A DNA stretch of 64,000 nt from Candidatus Omnitrophota bacterium (GCA_041662125.1 JBAZTA010000001.1:195118-259117); one strand, 5' to 3'; shown: positions 18,301 to 27,044, counted from the first letter of the stretch. Notes: generated by a model from the letters alone, not told the origin. Program-made: numbers and translations.

Positions 18301-20931
18301 ATCAGCGGAGCTGGTATCCATAGTCATGGTATTAGCTGCGGTAGTGCCTCCAGCCTCAGTTCCGAAGCTCGTTTCCGATAAAGAAACATTATTATTAACT
18401 GAACCTACAATGATATACATTAAATCAAGGGAATGATTATAACTTAACGCGGGAGCATTCGTCAGAATACCGACGCGCATTTCCCCTTCAGAAGACATAT
18501 AATCCGATAACGTAACATTTGACTTGGCGAAATAATAGGTTGCTTCCGTGGTATTTGAAAGGGTAGTAGCGTTCAAATTCTCCCAAAGTGTCGTGTTAAA
18601 ATTATAAATCTGCACATTATAGGTCAATGCCACATTAGAAACCAATCCTTCATATGCGACCATGACCGTATTAGCCCCGGTATAAGCGGCAACATTCATA
18701 AATGACAAATAATACTGTAATGCCGCCCCTGCAACATTAGGAACAGTAATACGGTTATTATCAGTCGTAAAGGTATAATCATAGGTATTGGTTTCTGTGC
18801 CTCCGGCAACTTTCGTATATCCGGCTGGTTCATAATAAGGATCAATAGCTACTTCTAATACCATTCTATCCATATAATGGATATACGAATTTGTTGTATA
18901 GCTGGAATATATCCGCAGCATCACCCTGTTATTATTTGCGGTATCTACAAAGTTTGACAGAGGCGTGGATACAGGACTGTTGCCTGACTGCCAATATCCG
19001 TCATAGATCTCCCAAACCCGGTCAGCATCAGCGGTATTGGTTAATGTCGTATTTCGCTCATTTAACGGCCTCCAGGTAGCATTCAACACATCATAGATCT
19101 GCACCTGATAGGTCAAAGCGGCATTAGATACATAGCCGCCTTCATAAATAATTAATTTATTAGCTGCCTTTAAATCAACTCCTTCAATATAGATCCGTTT
19201 ATCTAACCCATCACTTCCTCCCGTAACACTACTGGTTGCCCAATATACCGTATCATTAGCTAATGTCCCTTTCCATCCTGCAGAGGTAGCAGAAAGCGCT
19301 GCTTCTGTGCCCATGGCAAGACTAAATCCTGTTGGGCTATAACCGGCTTGTATCGAAGGACGGGTCGGAACTTCAACCCAGCGGATACTCATCATAGCAA
19401 AATCCCAGTCCCGGGTCACGGTCGCGGTCGCGGTAGAAGCGGAAGTTCGCAGCCTCAAATTACCCAGATCATTCGTACTATCGATAAAATCAGGACAGTT
19501 ATTCTGATAGGTCGTAGTATAAAATGTTATGGTTGTCGTAAGATTCGTTGAGCCTGAATCAACCCAGCCTCCTGTCGCGGCATTAATCCCTGAATAATCT
19601 TTTAAACTTAAGGCAACGGTATTTGCGGTTGAGTTACTTCTGAACCTGTTCACCATCCTGATACCGGTGACCGCGCAGCCATCCGGCACGGTGATCGGAA
19701 ATGAAAGATTTGACGAAGCAGAATAATTAGTCCCCCAGGTTCCTGCCCTATCGGAAGTATAAAACGTAGCAGCGCTCGTCGCAACCGTATCATGCTGCCA
19801 GGTAGAATTAGCGGAGCTACTGTCCATATCCCTGGTATTAGCAACAGAGGAGCCCACGGTTTCTGTGCCAAAAGATGTTTCAGACAAGCCCGCGTCGGTA
19901 TTGACGGAACCGACAATAATATACAATGAATCAATATTATGGTTACGGGTTGCCGCAGGGGCATTGGTCAAGAAACCTATTCGAGCCTCTCCATCCTGTA
20001 TATAATCAGCCAGATCGACATTTGACTTCGCGAAATAATAGGTGGTTTCCGTAGTATTAGAAAGCGTGGTGCCGGAAAGATTTTCCCAGTTTGAAGTAGT
20101 AAAATTATATATTTGTACATCATAGGTTAAAGCAACGTTAGAAACAGCGCCTTCATACGTCACCTCTATAGCGTTAGCACCGGGATAAGTCTTTACATTG
20201 TTAAAAGAGAAATAATATTGCGACGTAGCTGCTACATTACTAGCGACCGTTAAACGCGTATTATCCGAAGTAAAGGTATAATCATAGGTATTAGTAACTG
20301 CGCCGCCTGAAACTTTAGTAAAACCCGCCGCCTCATAATACGGGTCAACGGCTACTTCTAACAACATACGCTCTACATAGTGAGTACGGGCAACCGAAAC
20401 ATATGTCGAATAAATACGCAAGGTTACCCGCTGATTGGCATCCTGGGTCACAAAATTGGATAAGGGAGTTGAAATGGGGATGTTGCCTGCCTGCCAATAT
20501 CCATCATATATTTCATAGGTATAATTGGTATCAGCGGTATTGGCTAAGGTAACATTGCGTTCATTAAGCGTCCGCCAAGTGGCATTAACCACATCATAGA
20601 TCTCCACCAGATACACTAATGCCGCGTTAGAACTATACCCGCTATAACTAATAATGAATTTATTAGCGCCTTTTATATCCACACCGTCAATATAAATTTC
20701 CTTATCTAAGCCAACGCCTCCGGCTATAAGGTTGCCCGTCGCCCAATAAACGTTCTCATTTGCCAAAGCCCCTTTCCATCCCGAAGAGGTGGCAGAAAGC
20801 GCTACTTCTGTACCAACAACCAAATTATAACCGGTAGGAGTATAGCCGGAGTTAGCCCATACCTTATAAAAAACACACAATACTGAAAAACAGATGAAGA
20901 ATAATAAAAAAACAAGATTTATTTTTCTCAT
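15373..20931 (-). CDS. Giant secreted protein: signal peptide, two ~500-aa tandem repeat domains, pro-region, C-terminal peptidase C25 (gingipain-like) catalytic domain
   Basis: 1852 aa. N-terminal signal peptide MRKINLVFLLFFICFSVLCVFYKVWA. C-terminal YTGHGGISLWSTS…PFFITLTCANGYF matches the gingipain His/Cys dyad context (Kgp NYAGHGSETAWGTS…FIFDVACVNGDF). AAGGAG RBS. Confidence 0.8.
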   Translation of the reverse strand: MRKINLVFLLFFICFSVLCVFYKVWANSGYTPTGYNLVVGTEVALSATSSGWKGALANENVYWATGNLIAGGVGLDKEIYIDGVDIKGANKFIISYSGYSSNAALVYLVEIYDVVNATWRTLNERNVTLANTADTNYTYEIYDGYWQAGNIPISTPLSNFVTQDANQRVTLRIYSTYVSVARTHYVERMLLEVAVDPYYEAAGFTKVSGGAVTNTYDYTFTSDNTRLTVASNVAATSQYYFSFNNVKTYPGANAIEVTYEGAVSNVALTYDVQIYNFTTSNWENLSGTTLSNTTETTYYFAKSNVDLADYIQDGEARIGFLTNAPAATRNHNIDSLYIIVGSVNTDAGLSETSFGTETVGSSVANTRDMDSSSANSTWQHDTVATSAATFYTSDRAGTWGTNYSASSNLSFPITVPDGCAVTGIRMVNRFRSNSTANTVALSLKDYSGINAATGGWVDSGSTNLTTTITFYTTTYQNNCPDFIDSTNDLGNLRLRTSASTATATVTRDWDFAMMSIRWVEVPTRPSIQAGYSPTGFSLAMGTEAALSATSAGWKGTLANDTVYWATSSVTGGSDGLDKRIYIEGVDLKAANKLIIYEGGYVSNAALTYQVQIYDVLNATWRPLNERNTTLTNTADADRVWEIYDGYWQSGNSPVSTPLSNFVDTANNNRVMLRIYSSYTTNSYIHYMDRMVLEVAIDPYYEPAGYTKVAGGTETNTYDYTFTTDNNRITVPNVAGAALQYYLSFMNVAAYTGANTVMVAYEGLVSNVALTYNVQIYNFNTTLWENLNATTLSNTTEATYYFAKSNVTLSDYMSSEGEMRVGILTNAPALSYNHSLDLMYIIVGSVNNNVSLSETSFGTEAGGTTAANTMTMDTSSADSTWQHTTVTTSAATFYALDRAGTWATNYCSSSNLSFPLTIPYGSKITGIRLANRFRSNLATNTVTLGLLDYTGINNTTGGWISSGSTNATTTLTFYTTTYQNNLPDYIDTTNNLGNLRLGTSTSTATAAATRDWDFALMSLRYIAISEPTAAKIVSLAANYNRDNNISVRFTSESEIAVKGFQVYRSLTPDNKESYVPVGKFIPSCGGPISGKNYEVIDTEPNVNYYYILGVLNRPTGETYVGPVSVGVGDNSWLDKEESILLRNGKKLKERNTLKDALNVPAVRLQRVQNQKDVFKLAVEQDGMYRLTKLDLQTAGFDASLFDPANIKLLNQGKVVSVIAGDDYIEFYAKAIDTRYAKRNIYWLMINKNGERIENRLASSAGTVQGYYMSEVKLEDNSSYYPEINGEEHWFWADELFSPMDYELELSVDQLNVSGGSARIQIGLQGFSSILMAGNNLQKIKVYINGVAVAAGQWNGDTYYVCQGEFDATVLSEGSNILRIEVPDDGGLLPQLVLLDWVKLQYPRNFVAQNDALVFEGKAQASTYYITGFSSDKINVFDITRENRPVRLANVSVENNGLTYSARFNNRDKNKRMYVAVSDKGVRSPVEITQSGPSDIIKKTNQADYIVITHSDFLEGIKPLVEYRASQGYSVKVVTVDEIYDAFNYGVFSPVAIKDFLKYAYLNWQLPKPKYVLFVGDGTFDYKDQYQLGAKNLVPAYLVYAGRFGEGPSDGWFATFEDSALPKMMIGRLPVNDTVQLQAVIQKIINYETAGYSTGNHLLVADGDEHKAYSSLSDRLALEFPAPDQKVKLYLDNDSASAVHQGILEEINRGVSFVTYTGHGGISLWSTSRVFTNADVGRLTNTGKYPFFITLTCANGYFIYPQRILDSVGEVLLLTPDKGAAGGVFPSIVSSPEEQEFFAKGFYQAVFDNNNMNMSFGEAIQLAKKYVYEKNNPNIRAILETYNLFGDPAMVIKK
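17854..20850 (-). repeat. Tandem duplication, 2 x ~1.5 kb, encoding two ~500-aa paralogous domains inside the giant C25 gene
   Basis: Protein residues 28-528 and 529-1026 align end to end at about 65-70% identity (SGYTPTGYNLVVGTEVALSATSSGWKG… / AGYSPTGFSLAMGTEAALSATSAGWKG…). DNA blocks are visibly similar about 1.5 kb apart. Confidence 0.7.
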
Positions 20932-20979
20932 AATCCCGAACTCCTTATTTTGTTACTGTTAAGACATCCCGAAAATAAA

Positions 20980-21010
20980 AAAACCCATTGCCTAATCATC
21001 AATGGGTTTT
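20980..21010 (-). terminator. Intrinsic terminator-like hairpin plus U-tract, between the NTase gene and the giant C25 gene
   Basis: Minus strand: AAAACCCATTGatgattaggCAATGGGTTTT stem-loop (11-bp stem), then TTTTTTTATTTTCGGG. Lies only about 30 nt upstream of the AAGGAG RBS of the next gene. Confidence 0.5.
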
Positions 21011-21169
21011 ACCTAAAAACTCACCATCATTTTCGGCAGCTGACTGTCTTGGCCTTTTGGCTTTAGACTCTTTAAGCTTTGCGCCCTGAGCTTTCGCTAA
21101 GTTTGCCCTTTTCGTATCTCTTTTCCTATCCAAATGTAAGTATATCATATGATTACAACAAAAACAAGT

Positions 21170-22231
21170 TTAAAAAGACTTAGCGGCTTTCCAGCGCACA
21201 CCCGCAGAAATAGCCTTTATTTTGTTAAAAAATCCTTTCTGTATCGCTAAGTATAAAAGAACACATGCGTCTTCACGGGGAAAATCGTTATTTTTCGCAT
21301 AAGTAAAGAAATATTTCTCTAAAAGAGACATTCCCTGCGGCCGTAATGTCGAAAGAAAATCCTCAGGCACAGGAGTAGAAAACAATTCTTTGATCAACGA
21401 AACTCCCATATATATAGGTAAAACAAGCCCCCATTGACGGCCCAAAGCAGCAATTTCCTGCCAATCAAGTGAATCTCGATACGCCAACACAAATGCATGT
21501 AAATCATAAAGGATATTGAGCCGTGCAAATCCATGGCGCATCCCATGTTCACACAACGCGGTAAACATCTGTTCTGGTGGCATCATAAACAAATTATCTT
21601 TATTTTTATCTATTCGAACTCCTGCATCCCAGATTTCTTCAACATCGACTCCTGAGGCTTGCTTGCGTAATAAAGGCATCGAAACATTAGATAAACCCCA
21701 ATGCAGATGCAGCGGCATAAAGACCGATTGGTCCTTATCGTGTTTTAAGAACATTGCCGCGGTCGATTCGCCTGATGGTGCATTTTTTTCCCGCGTATCA
21801 AAATTTCTATATCCCAGCGATCCAATAAGATGGCGTGCTTTCTCCACATTGGCCGCTTTTACAAGAAAATCAACATCTTCCATGCGCCTTACCCCAATGC
21901 GAGCCTGATAAACTACATGTAAAAAAAACATCCCCTTAAGCACTATGATCTCTATCCCAGCGGCCGCAAAGGCCGTGCGCAACTTTTCAAATTCCTCTAA
22001 CAAGAGGGTATTACGAAAAAGATTCATTCTATACTTCTCTTGGAGCTGTTGGTAAACCTCATCAGGAATACTTAAATCTTTTTGCCGGTCTCTGACAATA
22101 TGAAATAAAAGGGCTGATACTTTCGAACGAGCAGCAATACTCACTAACCGCCCCCAATCGCATTTCTTCCCGTTATAAGGAAGAAATTTTCCATTCAATA
22201 ACGAAACTAAATATGTTTTTACCGGTGTCAT
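21170..22231 (-). CDS. Nucleotidyltransferase-family protein, PF14907/NTP_transf_5-like
   Basis: 353 aa. IIVLKGMFFLHVVY…RRMEDVDFLVKAANVEKARHLIGSLGY resembles the LKG…D(I/V)D(L/F)LV core of the uncharacterised nucleotidyltransferase family that co-occurs with HprK-like kinases in lasso/RiPP clusters. Confidence 0.45.
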   Translation of the reverse strand: MTPVKTYLVSLLNGKFLPYNGKKCDWGRLVSIAARSKVSALLFHIVRDRQKDLSIPDEVYQQLQEKYRMNLFRNTLLLEEFEKLRTAFAAAGIEIIVLKGMFFLHVVYQARIGVRRMEDVDFLVKAANVEKARHLIGSLGYRNFDTREKNAPSGESTAAMFLKHDKDQSVFMPLHLHWGLSNVSMPLLRKQASGVDVEEIWDAGVRIDKNKDNLFMMPPEQMFTALCEHGMRHGFARLNILYDLHAFVLAYRDSLDWQEIAALGRQWGLVLPIYMGVSLIKELFSTPVPEDFLSTLRPQGMSLLEKYFFTYAKNNDFPREDACVLLYLAIQKGFFNKIKAISAGVRWKAAKSF

Positions 22232-22249
22232 AGAGAACAGATTGGCGGA

Positions 22250-23149
22250 TTAGAACTTTTGTATTTCCTGATTGACATACGAGCCTCGTGAAAGAGGTTC
22301 AAGTATCTGGCTGAGGAAGTAATTAAGGTTGGCAATGAATTTCTTCGGGACAAAGATTATATCTTCCGACACAAGAGAGATATTCTGATTAGCATCCCCT
22401 TTAAGCACCTTATTGAGCGTGATACGTTTGACTTCAGGCTTTTCCAAACCGCCCCGTATAATAACAATACTGGAAGCGACAGCATCCTTGGTCAGCCCGC
22501 CGGCTAAGGTAATAGCTTCAACGATCGTTTTAGCGCCGGTAAGGGAATAGACACCTGGCCGGTAAATTTCGCCCAGCAGCAGCACTTTTTGCCCTCCTAT
22601 TTTCTTAATAGAGATAGAGACTTCCGGATGCTTTACGTATTCCTTTAATCGCTCTGTAAGCAAGGCATCAAGTTCAGTAATAGTAAGTCCTACCACATCA
22701 ACATCTCCAATTAAGGGAAAAGAAATCTTTCCATCCGGCCGTACCACAACTTCCTGGTCAAGGTCCTGATTTTGCCAAACTAAAATATGCAAAACATCAT
22801 CTTCGCCAATGGTATATTCCTGAAGCGGCTTTTTCTTTGCATTCAAATTCTTTGCTACCGGCGGCTGAAGCGGTTGTTCCAGGCTCATCGGCTCTCCGGC
22901 CGCAGTTTGCGCTGCCTGCTTATCCTGAAACGTTATCGCCGGTGTTTCTTCCTTCTGATTCAAAAGGCCTAATGCATTGTTAAACTCAGCTTGAGCTTCC
23001 TGGAACTTTCCCTGCTGGTAATACAAATTACCTTTGAGATAATGTTCACGTGCCTGCTCCTGGGCATGGTCATCCTGCCCGTATATGCACGGAACCACCA
23101 TCCCGGACATTAAGAGAACAAACACTATTTTTTTAACGCGATCAAGCAT
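22250..23149 (-). CDS. Polysaccharide export protein (Wza/GumB/KpsD family; Poly_export + SLBB)
   Basis: 299 aa. Signal peptide, then YTIGEDDVLHILVWQNQDL…VRPDGKISFPLIGDVDVVGLTITEL (Poly_export), then an SLBB-like C-terminal part. Confidence 0.75.
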   Translation of the reverse strand: MLDRVKKIVFVLLMSGMVVPCIYGQDDHAQEQAREHYLKGNLYYQQGKFQEAQAEFNNALGLLNQKEETPAITFQDKQAAQTAAGEPMSLEQPLQPPVAKNLNAKKKPLQEYTIGEDDVLHILVWQNQDLDQEVVVRPDGKISFPLIGDVDVVGLTITELDALLTERLKEYVKHPEVSISIKKIGGQKVLLLGEIYRPGVYSLTGAKTIVEAITLAGGLTKDAVASSIVIIRGGLEKPEVKRITLNKVLKGDANQNISLVSEDIIFVPKKFIANLNYFLSQILEPLSRGSYVNQEIQKF

Positions 23150-23154
23150 AGATA

Positions 23155-25110
23155 TTAGTTTTTGTTATTTGCAGGCTCTAAGATCACTTCGATCTTTCTT
23201 TTTAATTCTTCAGCGTCCTGCTTATCTTTAGAAAATATATCTGGAGACTCATTGCCGTAAGAGTTGGTGTTTATCTTATTCTGCAGAAGGGCATTGATAC
23301 GCACTGCGGAGGCCAAGTCATCAATGGTTTTTTTCTGAAGGTCTCTGGTTGCCGCTAATTCTTCCTGCAATTTTTCTGAACGCACGCGTAAACCAGCGAT
23401 CTCCTGGCGCAAGGAACCAAGTTCCCTGTTTTTTTGTTTCAACTCCGCCTCTTTATCATTCAAAAGCTGAGTTAACTGCGTAATCTGCGACCTCAGGCTG
23501 TTATATAATAAATTTACTTCATCAACATGCGATTGCTGTTTGGCTAACTCTTCCTGTGTTGAAGCTTTCGAGGCCTGGATCGCGGCAAGATTATTCTCCA
23601 GGGAGCGCTTCTCCTCTTCTTTACGTAATATCTGCTGGCTTAAATAATCGAGATTCTTTTGCAAAGAGGTACTTATTTCCTCTTTCTTTACCAGCGCCGA
23701 TTGGGCATCGTTTAACTGCGCCTGTAACGAAAGCTTCTGCGTTTCCAAATCCCGCACTTTCTCTTTATTATCCAAAGATGCCTTTTGGTTATTCTCCAAT
23801 TCCCCTACCTTATTCTGCAGTGAAAGCATTTTGTCTTTTGATAAGGATAATTCTGTTTTCACTTTATCTAATTCCAATTCCTTACGGATCATGATATCCG
23901 CCAGTTGCCTTACCTGCCCTGAAGTATTCTCAATTTCCGCGGATACTGCCGGATTACCGCTTTTATTCACCCGCAAACGTTCAAGCGATGCCGATAAGCG
24001 TTCTTTTTCAGCATTGAGTTTTGCGATAAGAGTATCTTGGCTGCTGATCTCATCCTGAGCCTGGCGCAGGGAGTCTTCTGACACACTTCTGCCTGATTCC
24101 CAATCCCTGACTCGCCGGACAGACTGCTTACTGCCGCTCAACTCCTCATCAACCGTCCCCAGGCGTGCTTTTAAGTCCGCGACATCATTCTTCAGGCGCG
24201 CGCTTTCCGTCTTTTGCGCGTCCAATTCCTGCCGTTTCTTTGATAATTCATCAGAGAGCATGGCAAGCTGGCTTTTGAGGTTACGATTAGCCGTCTCCAA
24301 TGAAGTAATCGAATCCTGATACTGCCGCGCCTGTTTTTCCTGAGTGAATTTGGCGGAATTTAATTGTGTAAACTCTGCCTGAAGAGAACTGATCTGGCTT
24401 CTCTTTTGAGCAAGTTCAGCATTAAGCTGCGAGATATTCTCTTCTAATGATTTTAACGGCCCACTCTGACGGGAAACCGTCTGCTGAAATTCAGAGATCT
24501 TAGACAGCAGAGATGACTTTTCAGTTTCCAGGTCTTTCACCTTTTTTTCAAGCAGTTTATTAATTTGGCGCTCGCCTTGCAGCTCTTTTAATTCTTTTTT
24601 AGCCTGGGCTAATTCCTCATCTTTGCCTTGGCTGCTCAAGGATAATTTCTCTATTTTCTCCCTTAAGGGGAGGATCTGGTTCTTATCCGCATGCAATAAT
24701 TGGCTTTTAATATTCTTAAGCTCTTCGGTCACACGGATAAATTCCTTGGTAGTATTCTGTAAACGATTAACCATACTGGAATTACTTTCCTGCAGCGTGA
24801 TCCGTTCTTTATTGACCGTGGCCAATTCCCGGCTTAACTGGTCTATAGTGGCTTGCGCATTGGTCACTGATTGCCGTATAGCCTCTACATGAGCAAGCCC
24901 TTTTAATGTTTTATCTTTTTCTTGAAGGGACATTTGCAGTTCCGCAGCCCTATTTTCTATCTCCTGGGTATAGCCCTGTAATTCTTCCTTTTCCTGATTT
25001 AATTGGGTATTTAAATCCTGGGCACGCGTCAGTTTTTCATAAACCATAAACGCTGCGTAACCAACAATAGCAATCACTACAATTATCCCTAGTAAACGAA
25101 TACGTTTCAT
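23155..25110 (-). CDS. Membrane-anchored long coiled-coil protein
   Basis: 651 aa. N-terminal TM (LLGIIVVIAIVGYAAFMV) followed by >550 aa of Q/E/K/L-rich heptad-like sequence. Confidence 0.45.
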   Translation of the reverse strand: MKRIRLLGIIVVIAIVGYAAFMVYEKLTRAQDLNTQLNQEKEELQGYTQEIENRAAELQMSLQEKDKTLKGLAHVEAIRQSVTNAQATIDQLSRELATVNKERITLQESNSSMVNRLQNTTKEFIRVTEELKNIKSQLLHADKNQILPLREKIEKLSLSSQGKDEELAQAKKELKELQGERQINKLLEKKVKDLETEKSSLLSKISEFQQTVSRQSGPLKSLEENISQLNAELAQKRSQISSLQAEFTQLNSAKFTQEKQARQYQDSITSLETANRNLKSQLAMLSDELSKKRQELDAQKTESARLKNDVADLKARLGTVDEELSGSKQSVRRVRDWESGRSVSEDSLRQAQDEISSQDTLIAKLNAEKERLSASLERLRVNKSGNPAVSAEIENTSGQVRQLADIMIRKELELDKVKTELSLSKDKMLSLQNKVGELENNQKASLDNKEKVRDLETQKLSLQAQLNDAQSALVKKEEISTSLQKNLDYLSQQILRKEEEKRSLENNLAAIQASKASTQEELAKQQSHVDEVNLLYNSLRSQITQLTQLLNDKEAELKQKNRELGSLRQEIAGLRVRSEKLQEELAATRDLQKKTIDDLASAVRINALLQNKINTNSYGNESPDIFSKDKQDAEELKRKIEVILEPANNKN

Positions 25111-25114
25111 ATTT

Positions 25115-26206
25115 TTAAACTTGATTATTTAAACATTCATCGACATAAATCATGGAATTATCCGCCAGATTAACCTGTTTAGGCTCTTTTAATTCTTTCC
25201 CATACGCGTCAATAATGATATTAACTACCGGACGCAGCGGTAAATCAAGATTTTCCCTGACCACTAAACCGATCTCTTTAGTATTAAGCCTGACCAGTGT
25301 CCCGAGAGGAAATACCCCTATGCGTTCGATCAATAATTTAATGATCTTATGGTCAAAAAATGACTTATTCTTTAAAATTGTTTTAATCGTCTCCAAAGGG
25401 CTGAATTTAAGGCGGTACGGGCGCTTATGGTTCATCGCCTCATAAACATCGACTAACCCGACAATGCGCGCATATTCACAGATCTGATCCTCCTTAAGGC
25501 CGGCAGGATACCCGGCACCATCCATACGCTCATGTTCCTGGCGCACGACATCAAAAACCCGCTGTCCGAATTCCCGGCCAAACTTTTGTACTATTTCAAG
25601 CCCTGCCAAAGGATGCTCTTTAATACGCTTGGTTTCTTCAAGCCTCAAAACATCTGGTTTATTGATAATATCGAAACACTTCACCATTCCTATGTCATGT
25701 GTCAGCGCAGCAACGCCTAATTCCATTAATCCAGCCTGGTCAAAGCGTAAACCTATCCCCAGCTCAAGAGAAATAACGCAGACATTAACGGTATGATAAT
25801 AAAAGTAATCCGTGGCTTGAGGATAATCAATTAAGCAACACCGCAATAAATTCTTATTGCCCCCTTGCAGCAACCCAATAGTTTTTTCAACCAACGGGGA
25901 AAGCGAAGCAAGGAATCCTTCCTCATATTTTAAATCAGGATTATACAATACGCGGGATGCCGATACGAGATGGTCATACAATTCAGAGGCTTTTGTGGCG
26001 TTAATACTATTTAACTCTTTATGAACAGCTGCTGAAATGCTGACTTGCTGTGCTTGCGGGACTTGGTTTTGATCTGCCGATCCTCCTGTACCCTGCGGGG
26101 GAACCCTGTACGCGCTTCCTAAAACACCCGAATTTATCTCAAAATCAGTATCAAGGTTTTTCTTTTGCTCCCTGTGTTTCTTGAAAATATCGGATATTCT
26201 AAGCAT
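25115..26206 (-). CDS. HD-GYP domain protein (putative c-di-GMP phosphodiesterase)
   Basis: 363 aa. HDIG motif (ALTHDIGM) and HERMDGAGYPAGL (HD-GYP signature). Confidence 0.7.
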   Translation of the reverse strand: MLRISDIFKKHREQKKNLDTDFEINSGVLGSAYRVPPQGTGGSADQNQVPQAQQVSISAAVHKELNSINATKASELYDHLVSASRVLYNPDLKYEEGFLASLSPLVEKTIGLLQGGNKNLLRCCLIDYPQATDYFYYHTVNVCVISLELGIGLRFDQAGLMELGVAALTHDIGMVKCFDIINKPDVLRLEETKRIKEHPLAGLEIVQKFGREFGQRVFDVVRQEHERMDGAGYPAGLKEDQICEYARIVGLVDVYEAMNHKRPYRLKFSPLETIKTILKNKSFFDHKIIKLLIERIGVFPLGTLVRLNTKEIGLVVRENLDLPLRPVVNIIIDAYGKELKEPKQVNLADNSMIYVDECLNNQV

Positions 26207-27041
26207 TCTTCTTGTCTAGCGGGAGTTGATTGCTGAAATTAGAGGCTTCGAGGTCATCATTTATTTTAGTAACTGTTTTCTTCTCGATCACGCTCATTTC
26301 ACTGCCAAAACCGACTAATAAGGCTAAATCACAAATATTATTGATCCGCCGCGGTATACCTCCCGAACAAAGGAATATTTCTTGATAGGCATCTTCTTCA
26401 AAGATCTGTTTTAAGGCTCCCGCGACATTTAAACGGTGCAGGATATATTCTTTCGTTTCCTGTTCGTTTAAGGCTTTGAGGTGAAAACGGACCGCCATAC
26501 GCTGGCTCAGCTGAGGTAAATTCGATACCGCGTAATTAAGCTCCGGCTGGCCTAATAAAATAAGCGTCAAAAGAAAAGCATTATCGAGCTGAAAATTCAA
26601 GAGAAGACGCAATTCCTCAAATATGTCTTTACTCTCAATGGCCTGGGCTTCATCGATCATGATCACAACATGCTTACCCATACTATGATTTGAATACAAT
26701 ATCTTATGCAGGCAATGGAACAGATCGATCTTCGTGGCCAGCTCTTCCCCTCCCAACTGATGGATGATCTCGCGGATGAATTCCAAACCGGAAAGCCGGG
26801 GGTTCAAGATAAAAACAGAATGGTATAAATGCTCCTGCTGTAATTCCTGCCAGAGGATACGGTTTAACAGAGTCTTGCCGCTTCCGTATTCTCCGGTAAT
26901 TAAACCCGCGCCCTTACGTTCCCGCACCACATACAGCATGCGCGCCAAAGCCTCTTTATGCTGTTGTGAATAATACACAAACCGCGGGTCAGGCGTATTC
27001 TCAAAGGGCTTCTCTTTTAAACCCCAGTATGGTTCATACAT
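26199..27041 (-). CDS. ExeA/GspA-like AAA+ ATPase (AAA_22), secretion- or EPS-locus-associated
   Basis: 280 aa. Walker A GLITGEYGSGKTLL, Walker B VVIMIDEAQ. Architecture typical of ExeA-type secretin-assembly ATPases. Confidence 0.65.
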   Translation of the reverse strand: MYEPYWGLKEKPFENTPDPRFVYYSQQHKEALARMLYVVRERKGAGLITGEYGSGKTLLNRILWQELQQEHLYHSVFILNPRLSGLEFIREIIHQLGGEELATKIDLFHCLHKILYSNHSMGKHVVIMIDEAQAIESKDIFEELRLLLNFQLDNAFLLTLILLGQPELNYAVSNLPQLSQRMAVRFHLKALNEQETKEYILHRLNVAGALKQIFEEDAYQEIFLCSGGIPRRINNICDLALLVGFGSEMSVIEKKTVTKINDDLEASNFSNQLPLDKKNA

Positions 27042-27044
27042 GCG

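Noticed and set aside
15373-20931. The 1852-aa ORF as the RiPP substrate, or its repeats as the precursor
   Set aside because: It has a signal peptide and a full C25 peptidase domain. A separate small precursor ORF with a proper RBS lies exactly where one is expected, at 14112-14270.
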